NCBI GenBank assembly: GCA_965247115.1
Contig: CBDFGR010000003.1
Coordinates: forward strand, 1,344,001-1,408,000
DNA length: 64,000 nt
Direction: 5' to 3'
DNA from: Myxococcota bacterium
GTDB taxonomy: Bacteria; Myxococcota_A; UBA9160; SZUA-336
The notes below the pieces were generated by a model. It did no database searches. It was not told the origin of the DNA and saw only the letters and a program-made list of their open reading frames with translations. This document shows positions 57,636 to 64,000 of the stretch, piece by piece. The number at the start of each line of letters is the position of its first letter. Positions within the stretch are counted from its first letter, which is position 1. Made by a program: the position numbers and the translations under genes.

Positions 57636-58363
57636 GCGCGCCGGGCGTTCTGCACCAGCGCCTCGAAGAGCCGACGCTGAAGCGGCTCATGGGCCGCCTG
57701 CATCTCAGGGTGCCACTGGATCCCGACGACCCAGGCACGAGACTCGCAGAAGAGTCCCTCAACCACCCCGTCGCTGGCCCAGGCTATTGGCACGAGGCCG
57801 CGTCCCAACGTACGCACGCACTGGTGATGCCACGAGCACACCTGAAACTCCGTCTGGCCGTAGATCTCCGCGAGGACGCTGTCGAGCTCCACGCGCACGG
57901 GGTGATACGTTGGCTCCCGGGGCGGCAGACGATGTGCGACCTCGTCTCCGAACGCGTCGGGAATATGAAGCTCGAGGTCACCGCCGAGTGCGATGTTCAG
58001 TACCTGCATCCCGCGGCAGATGCCGAGGACAGGCAGACTCTCGCTGGCGAGGGCCCACTTGGCCGCGGCGAGCTCGAACTCGTCACGGTCCCTGTTCACC
58101 ATATACACCGTTTCGTGTTGAGCGCCGCCATAGAGCGCTGGGTCGATGTCGCCGCCGCCCGAGATCACCAGTCCGTCGAGCTGGCCGAGCACCTGCTCGA
58201 GCGGTGCACTGGTAGGCGTGATCAGAAACGGCAACCCGCCGGCGTCGGCAACAGCATCGCTGTAGGCTTGCGGCAGGGAGCAGACGGAGAGACCACCGGG
58301 CACGAGCACGTCTGGACCGTAGGTCGTGATCCCGATGACGGGCGAGCCGGGGTTCGTGGCCAT
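57632..58363 (-). CDS. Class I glutamine amidotransferase (peptidase C26, PuuD-like)
   Basis: GGGDIDP, RDEFE, GICRGMQ, HHQ, QWHPE. Confidence 0.9.
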   Translation of the reverse strand: MATNPGSPVIGITTYGPDVLVPGGLSVCSLPQAYSDAVADAGGLPFLITPTSAPLEQVLGQLDGLVISGGGDIDPALYGGAQHETVYMVNRDRDEFELAAAKWALASESLPVLGICRGMQVLNIALGGDLELHIPDAFGDEVAHRLPPREPTYHPVRVELDSVLAEIYGQTEFQVCSWHHQCVRTLGRGLVPIAWASDGVVEGLFCESRAWVVGIQWHPEMQAAHEPLQRRLFEALVQNARRA

Positions 58364-58401
58364 GGCGTCTCCTCGTTTCGGATCCTATATCATGGCCGCA
58401 C

Positions 58402-59280
58402 ATGACCGCACCGATCACGGGGCCTGCATCTCGCACGTACTTCTCGCAACGGCTGCGCCTGCATTACGCCGATTGGGGAAACGAAGGAGCCCCGCCCTTG
58501 CTGCTCATCCACGGCGGCCGCGACCACTGCCGCAACTGGGACTGGGTAGCGCAGGACCTGCGCGGCGACTACCACATCATCGCTCCGGACCTGCGTGGCC
58601 ACGGTGATTCCCAGTGGATGCTCGGTGGCAACTACTCGATGGTCGACTACGTCGCCGACATCGCGCAGCTCGTGCACCAGAAGCAGGAAACCCCGATCAC
58701 GATCATCGGCCACTCGCTCGGCGGATCGATCTCCCTGCAGTACGCGGGGGTCTATCCCGAGAATGTGGTGAAGGTCGTGGCAATCGAGGGCCTCGGACCC
58801 TCCCCCACGCAGCTCACCCAGCGCGGAGATCGCGGACCTGGCCAGCGCATGCGGGAGTGGATCAAGGCGCTGCGCGAGTTCGCCGGCCGGACGCCGCGCC
58901 ACTACCGGTCGATCGAACAGGCCGTGAAGCGCATGCAGCAGGTCAACCCGCACCTGTCCCCCGAGCAGGCGACACACCTGACGGTGCACGGGGTCAACCA
59001 GAACGAGGACGGCACCTATAGCTGGAAGTTCGACAACTACGTGCGCGGATTCTCGCCCTACAACTTCAACTCGGAGGAAGCAGCGCAGCTCTGGTCGCGG
59101 ATCACCTGTCCCGCGCTCCTGGTCAGGGGAACGGAGAGCTGGGCGGAGGATCCCGAGAAGGACGGCCGGGCGGCGGCCTTTCAGAGTGCGCGCATGGTAG
59201 ACATCGAAAACGCCGGCCACTGGGTCCACCACGACCAGCTCGACGTCTTCCTCGAGATCGTCAAGGACTTCCTGGCGTAG
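58402..59280 (+). CDS. Alpha/beta hydrolase
   Basis: HGGRDH, DLRGHGDS, GHSLGG, AGHWVHHD. Confidence 0.92.
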   Translation: MTAPITGPASRTYFSQRLRLHYADWGNEGAPPLLLIHGGRDHCRNWDWVAQDLRGDYHIIAPDLRGHGDSQWMLGGNYSMVDYVADIAQLVHQKQETPITIIGHSLGGSISLQYAGVYPENVVKVVAIEGLGPSPTQLTQRGDRGPGQRMREWIKALREFAGRTPRHYRSIEQAVKRMQQVNPHLSPEQATHLTVHGVNQNEDGTYSWKFDNYVRGFSPYNFNSEEAAQLWSRITCPALLVRGTESWAEDPEKDGRAAAFQSARMVDIENAGHWVHHDQLDVFLEIVKDFLA

Positions 59281-59296
59281 GGAGACCGAAACGAAC

Positions 59297-60481
59297 TCAC
59301 GGTCTGGCGGGCATGTACCGTTCCGTCAGCAGGTCTTGCCGCGTCTCCAGAGAAACTTCCACGCCGCGGACGAAGACGCGCAAGGCCCAGCTCGTGAGCT
59401 CGAGCGGATCCCCGTTCCAGACGACCAGATTGGCCAGCGCGCCTGGGCGGATGGACCCGGCGTCTATCACGTTGAAGATCCGCGCCGGAGCGCTCGTGAT
59501 CGCCGCGAGCGCCGCCTCGTAGGGGTAGCCCTCCGCCACCGCGTTACCCGCGAGATAGCGCAGGCGGGCAGCGTAGTGGGGTCCCCTGCTGGACGTGAAG
59601 GCGAGCGTGACACCAGCACGGTGCAGGAGCAGCGCGTTGTCAGCGCGACCACGCAGCGAATCAAAGCCGTAGGGGAGCTTCAAGCTGGGATCGAGGAGCA
59701 CCGGCACCTCTGCGGCCGCGATCTCGGCAGCGGCGGCCCAGCCCTCACGAGCTCCCGCGAGCACTCCGGACAGCTCGTACTCGCGGATGAGATCGAGTGC
59801 GGTCCTGATGTCGGTCGCCCGGTCGACCTGGAACACGACGGGAAGCTCTCCGGCGAGAGCGCGCGACAGCACCTCGAGATCTTCAGCGGAGACGGACAGA
59901 TCTCGCAGGCGACCGGAGATGTAGGGCCCGCGGTTGTCGCGGTACAGCTCTGCATCCTGCAGGACCTCCCGCAGGCGCAGAAACTTCTCCGCCCGAGATC
60001 CCCGCCGTGACCCAGCTCCCAGCGAGACGTGCAGCGCCAGCGCGTCCCTGCGGATCGGCTCTCCCTCGACGAGATCCACCCAGATCGAGAGCCCGGACAC
60101 GAGACCGCCCGCCGGCACGATGACGGAGGACGTCACGCCTCCGAGGCGAGCGGGACCGATCGTGAGCGAGGCGGGATTGTACGTGTCCGCGACCCGCAGC
60201 GCCGCGCGCACGGGATCTCCGTCCGTCAGGGTCGCCTCGACACTCGACGGTACGAGCGGTACGTCGACGACTCCGAGACGTGACTCCACGCTGATCAGGC
60301 CCGGGGTCACGAAGGCGCCCTTCGCGTCGATCACCGTTGCGTCTGTGGGCACGGGGACGTCGGCACCCACGGCCAGCACGCGGTTCGCTTCGATGACGAC
60401 GACGCCACGCTCGATGGGAGGTCCCTCCCCCGTGTACACGGTCGCACCTACGATCGCGACGGCGGCCAGGATGGAGATCAC
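59297..60481 (-). CDS. Amidohydrolase-family protein lacking metal ligands (probable partner subunit)
   Basis: VTPGLISVESRLG in place of PGLIDxHxH; ANLVVWNGDPL; GTGA-coupled to the upstream gene. Confidence 0.82.
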   Translation of the reverse strand: MISILAAVAIVGATVYTGEGPPIERGVVVIEANRVLAVGADVPVPTDATVIDAKGAFVTPGLISVESRLGVVDVPLVPSSVEATLTDGDPVRAALRVADTYNPASLTIGPARLGGVTSSVIVPAGGLVSGLSIWVDLVEGEPIRRDALALHVSLGAGSRRGSRAEKFLRLREVLQDAELYRDNRGPYISGRLRDLSVSAEDLEVLSRALAGELPVVFQVDRATDIRTALDLIREYELSGVLAGAREGWAAAAEIAAAEVPVLLDPSLKLPYGFDSLRGRADNALLLHRAGVTLAFTSSRGPHYAARLRYLAGNAVAEGYPYEAALAAITSAPARIFNVIDAGSIRPGALANLVVWNGDPLELTSWALRVFVRGVEVSLETRQDLLTERYMPARP

Positions 60482-61824
60482 GGCTCCGCCCGGATGCCGA
60501 GCTCGAAGTCGGAGCGCGGGGACTCGCCCGCGAGAGCCCGGTCGTAGCGGCGCACCCCCTGGATGAATACGAGCTCCGCGCGGCTGTAGATGCTGAACGG
60601 GTCGCCCGACCACATCACCAGGTCCGCGTCCTTCCCCGCTTCGAGCGTTCCCACGCGGTCCTCGATGCCCAGCACCCAGGCCGGGTTCGCCGTGATCCAA
60701 CGGATGGCCCGGTCACGATCGACGTCGAGGCCGGCTCGCTGCCCGGCGGCCCACGCCTTGGCCGCCTCCTGATTCAGGTGCTGGATGTCTCGCACCGAAT
60801 CGGAATGCAGGGCGACGCGTGCTCCTCTCGCCTCGAGCAATGCGGCGCCCGCCGGCACAGCGTCCAGCTGCTCGAGCTTCCCACCCCACCAATCTGCCCA
60901 CACGACGGCCGCGACGTCTGCACGCTTGAGCTCTTCCCCGATCTTGTAGGCCTCCACCGCATGGTGGAAGGCTCGCGGCACGGTGTCGAAATCCGCGAAG
61001 AGCTCCAGACGGAGCAGCATCTCGTCGGCCCGATAGCAGTGGTTCTGAATCAGGATCTCGCCTTTCAAGACCCGGGCGAGCGCGTCCTTACCGTAGTCCA
61101 GTCCCTCCTCCGACTTCGGCTTGTAGGCGCGCGCCTTCTCCAGCTCCTGACGCAGCATGGCCACCTCGGCCATGCGCGTGGCGGGCGCTTGCTTGCGCGA
61201 GCCGTAGACCCGCTTCGGATTCTCGCCACATGCCATCTTCATGGTCACGGGTGCTTCGGCGAACCTCATCTCGCTCGTCGAGAGACCTCCGACCAGGCGC
61301 AGCGTTACCCCCTGCCCGCCTACCAGGTTCGCGGATCCAGGCAGCACGTGGATGGTGGTGACTCCTCCCGCCAGGGCTCGCTCGATCGTCGGATCCTGAG
61401 GCCAGAAGGAATCCGACGCGCGTACTTCGGGCTTGAACGGTCCTGTGCTCTCGTTGCCATCCCGATGGGCCGCCACCTGTGGAACGGGATAGACCCCGAC
61501 GTGGGAGTGGGGATCAATCAGACCCGGCGTGATCCAGCGCCCCGAAGCATCGATGATCTCGACGTCTTCCGGTACATCCAGATCCAGACCGACCGCCGCG
61601 ATCCTGTCCCCGCGAATCAACACGTCAGTACCGGCAAGCGTGGGCCCGGCCGCCGTCATGACAGTCCCCCCACGCAGGAGCAGCATCGATCCCGTGGGCT
61701 CGGCCACCACCGTCTGGGCAACCGGCGGAGCCACCGACGTAGTTGGGGACTGACTAGTTCCGACCAGCTGGCAGGCTACGAGCCCACCAGCCAGCACCAA
61801 TCCCACAGACCTTCCCCACAGCAT
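60478..61824 (-). CDS. Exported (lipoprotein) amidohydrolase
   Basis: LVAC lipobox-like motif, PGLIDPHSH, MKMACGENPKRVYG, HCYRADE, HHAVEAYK, HSD. Confidence 0.9.
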   Translation of the reverse strand: MLWGRSVGLVLAGGLVACQLVGTSQSPTTSVAPPVAQTVVAEPTGSMLLLRGGTVMTAAGPTLAGTDVLIRGDRIAAVGLDLDVPEDVEIIDASGRWITPGLIDPHSHVGVYPVPQVAAHRDGNESTGPFKPEVRASDSFWPQDPTIERALAGGVTTIHVLPGSANLVGGQGVTLRLVGGLSTSEMRFAEAPVTMKMACGENPKRVYGSRKQAPATRMAEVAMLRQELEKARAYKPKSEEGLDYGKDALARVLKGEILIQNHCYRADEMLLRLELFADFDTVPRAFHHAVEAYKIGEELKRADVAAVVWADWWGGKLEQLDAVPAGAALLEARGARVALHSDSVRDIQHLNQEAAKAWAAGQRAGLDVDRDRAIRWITANPAWVLGIEDRVGTLEAGKDADLVMWSGDPFSIYSRAELVFIQGVRRYDRALAGESPRSDFELGIRAEP

Positions 61825-61940
61825 GGCCCGATTGTACACGCGCCCCGAGCCAGCCCGTCACCTCGAAAGCCTGACCGGAGATACTCCCCTGCCGTCAAGC
61901 AAATCAAGCGCAGCTCCGACTTCGGCCAAGGAAGTTATTA

Positions 61941-61999
61941 TTGAGGACCGTCCCTAAGTTATGACTCGAGAAGTCAAGATTAAGGACCGTCCCCAAGTT
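61941..61999. repeat. Two imperfect palindromic motifs related to the 24462 palindrome
   Basis: TTGAGGACCGTCCCTAAGTT and TTAAGGACCGTCCCCAAGTT, 39 bp apart. Confidence 0.55.
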
Positions 62000-62045
62000 C
62001 AGATTCCCAGGTTTAGATTCCGTGGAGAACCGGCAACCCCCCTAG

Positions 62046-63320
62046 CAGGCTGCTGAAAAACTCCTCATCGAAGGGTACCTTGGGAGCGAGCCCCAAAGGG
62101 GGAGGCGTGAGAGGACAGGGGACGCTTCAGGGCGGGATGTTCAGCTACGTGTCGCTGGAGTCGCGGATTCCGGATGATCATCCGCTTCGAGCGATGCGGC
62201 GCATGGTCGACACGGCGCTGCAGCGGCTATCGCCGCGCTTCGACGCGATCTACGCCAGAGGCGTAGGGCGCCCGTCCGTGCCCCCGGAGCAGCTGCTGCG
62301 CGCCCTGCTGCTGCAGGTGCTCTACACCATCCGGAGCGAGCGGCAGCTGGTGGAGCAGCTGGAGTACAACCTGCTGTATCGCTGGTTCGTGGGTCTGGAG
62401 CTTGACGAGGTGGTGTTCAGCGCCACGGTGTTCACGAAGAACCGAGACCGGCTGCTCAAGGGCGAGATTGCCGAGCACTTCTTCGACGCAGTGCTGGAGC
62501 AGGCCGAGACCGAGGGATGGGTGTCGTTGGAGCACTTCACGGTAGACGGGACGCTGATCGAGGCGTGGGCGAGCCAGAAGAGCTTCGTACGGAAGGACGA
62601 GGAACGGAGAGACGACGATGACCCGGGCAACCCGACGGTGAACTTCCGAGGCGAGAAGCGGAGCAACCAGACGCATGCGTCGACGACGGATCCCGACGCA
62701 CGACTCGCCGGTATGAGAGGCCAAGGCGCCCGACTCGCGTACCAGGGACACGTGGTGACGGAGAACCGGAACGGCTTGGTGGTCGCGGCGAAGCTCACGC
62801 AGGCGTCGGGATATGCGGAGCGCGAAGCGGCGCTCGAGATGGTGGAAGGTCTGGGAGGCGGGCGTCGGAGGACATTGGGCGGAGACAAGGGCTTCGACAC
62901 GAAGGGGTTCGTGGAAGAGCTTCGAGAGTTGGGCGTGACCCCACACGTGGCGCAGAACACGACGAATCGACGCAGCGCGATCGACGGGCGGACGACGCGC
63001 CACCGGGGCTACGAACTGAGTCAGCGTTTTCGCAAACGGGTGGAAGAGGTCTTCGGCTGGATGAAGACCGTGGGGCTGATGCGCAAGACCCGACACCGCG
63101 GCACGGATCGGGTCGGCTGGGTCTTCACCTTCACGGCCGCAGCCTACAACCTGATCCGGATCCGCAAGCTGCTGGAGGCCACGTAGGTCATGTGCGAAAC
63201 CGCCCCGCGATCAGCGGAGCCCAAGACCGGTTCGAACCGGGAATCGCGCCCCGCCCCTCGGCCGGTGAACCCCCTCGTCGGAAGGACCACCCCTCAACCA
63301 GTCACTTTCTCCGCAGCCTG
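62046..63320 (+). mobile_element. IS5-family insertion sequence, 1275 bp
   Basis: Terminal inverted repeats CAGGCTGCTGAAAAACT / AGCCTG-ended right arm (reverse complement CAGGCTGCGGAGAAAGT); flanked by CTAG at 62042-62045 and 63321-63324. Confidence 0.9.
62107..63186 (+). CDS. IS5-family DDE transposase
   Basis: HPLR, GRPSVPPE, RSERQL, VDGT, GDKGFD, RKRVEEVFGW. Confidence 0.95.
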   Translation: MRGQGTLQGGMFSYVSLESRIPDDHPLRAMRRMVDTALQRLSPRFDAIYARGVGRPSVPPEQLLRALLLQVLYTIRSERQLVEQLEYNLLYRWFVGLELDEVVFSATVFTKNRDRLLKGEIAEHFFDAVLEQAETEGWVSLEHFTVDGTLIEAWASQKSFVRKDEERRDDDDPGNPTVNFRGEKRSNQTHASTTDPDARLAGMRGQGARLAYQGHVVTENRNGLVVAAKLTQASGYAEREAALEMVEGLGGGRRRTLGGDKGFDTKGFVEELRELGVTPHVAQNTTNRRSAIDGRTTRHRGYELSQRFRKRVEEVFGWMKTVGLMRKTRHRGTDRVGWVFTFTAAAYNLIRIRKLLEAT

Positions 63321-63339
63321 CTAGGAGGCTTGGCAACCA

Positions 63340-63435
63340 GCAAGCGCCGCGGAAGCGGCGCGCGCAGCGAAGGCCGCAGGCCTGAGCGAAGGTGGGTGGC
63401 CCGCGGCCGCCCGCGGGCCGGGTCCCACGAGACCT
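63340..63435. repeat. Structured dispersed repeat, copy B
   Basis: Homologous to 17829-17969 (shared blocks and two-hairpin module). Confidence 0.72.
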
Positions 63436-63739
63436 AACTTTTGATGTCGAGGACGCTTCCCAGCGTGCCGAGGGCGGTATTGAGGGCTCGGACGGAGGCC
63501 TCGACCTGGATGGAGGCGCGGGTCTGCTCCACGATCTGCTCGGCGATGGAGACGTCTTCGGGCTCACTGGCACGCTTCTGCGTCGCGCGCGTGCCGCCTT
63601 CGGCGACGTCTTCCTGCTCCGTGCGGAGGGGGTGGAAGTCCTCGGTGAGCAGGTTCGCCAGATTGTGGCTCGCGCCCTTCAGCCGAGTCTCGTCCGCCTT
63701 GATTCCCGACAGGGCGATGGAGGTGGCATCCGCCTTCAT
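63434..63739 (-). CDS. Short flagellar basal-body rod FlgC-like protein
   Basis: SIALSGI.A...RL..ASHNLAN..TEDF N-terminal motif; VSIAEQIVEQ..A....EASVRAL......LGSVLDI C-terminal motif. Confidence 0.8.
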   Translation of the reverse strand: MKADATSIALSGIKADETRLKGASHNLANLLTEDFHPLRTEQEDVAEGGTRATQKRASEPEDVSIAEQIVEQTRASIQVEASVRALNTALGTLGSVLDIKS

Positions 63740-63764
63740 GTGTCCTCTCCCGTCTCCGCTGATC

Positions 63765-63792
63765 TCATCGGGATGCAGTTGGAGCGACTTGA
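63765..63792 (-). promoter_or_regulatory. sigma28-like promoter for the flgC-like gene
   Basis: TCAAG-N15-CCCGATGA, then a GGAGAGGA RBS. Confidence 0.55.
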
Positions 63793-64000
63793 GCAGCGTC
63801 TGCCGCTCGGGTGACACACAGGCAGAAGATGTGCACCGAGGGCGCAGCTCGTGCAGCTTCTGCGCAAGAAGGCGGCGCGTTTCGACAGCCTTCCAAGAAA
63901 AGACGCTAAAGGACCGTGCTGACGCCGACGATGTAGAAGCTATAGGTCCTGCAATCCGTTTGCGCGGATGTGGTGGCCTGGAACAGCGATGGAAATCGGC

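Noticed and set aside
61941..61999. Mini CRISPR array
   Set aside because: Only two degenerate ~20-bp units with a 19-bp gap, and no cas genes in the window

Overview
High-GC bacterial chromosomal window from a diderm lineage (LolA and Lgt present). A TIGR02266-type PilZ gene plus sigma54- and sigma28-like promoters suggest a Myxococcota/deltaproteobacteria-like host; this is an inference. Left end: dop (partial) and arc/mpa of a Pup-proteasome locus. arc sits behind a near-consensus sigma54 promoter, and just upstream a sigma70 promoter and U-tailed hairpin bracket a ~160-nt structured RNA candidate. A housekeeping stretch follows (lolA, ftsK, uppP, ssb, pilZ, radC, moaC, patatin, CCA-like NTase, lgt, MFS, ETF-QO, nrdJ with tandem NrdR boxes). 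Next come a variant arginine succinyltransferase operon (M20-astA-astD-pentein), amtB with a truncated glnK, and a MerR-led men operon in which menB-menA appear collapsed to a 33-codon stub. Positions ~38-62 kb hold a catabolic gene patch (BVMOs, SDRs, hydrolases) that includes a DUF411 gene with an in-frame TGA at a conserved Cys position (candidate selenoprotein). The right end has an intact IS5-family element and an flgC-like gene. Three families of structured intergenic repeats were also seen. No rRNA, tRNA or CRISPR array was found. All calls are from motif recognition by eye; no database searches were run.
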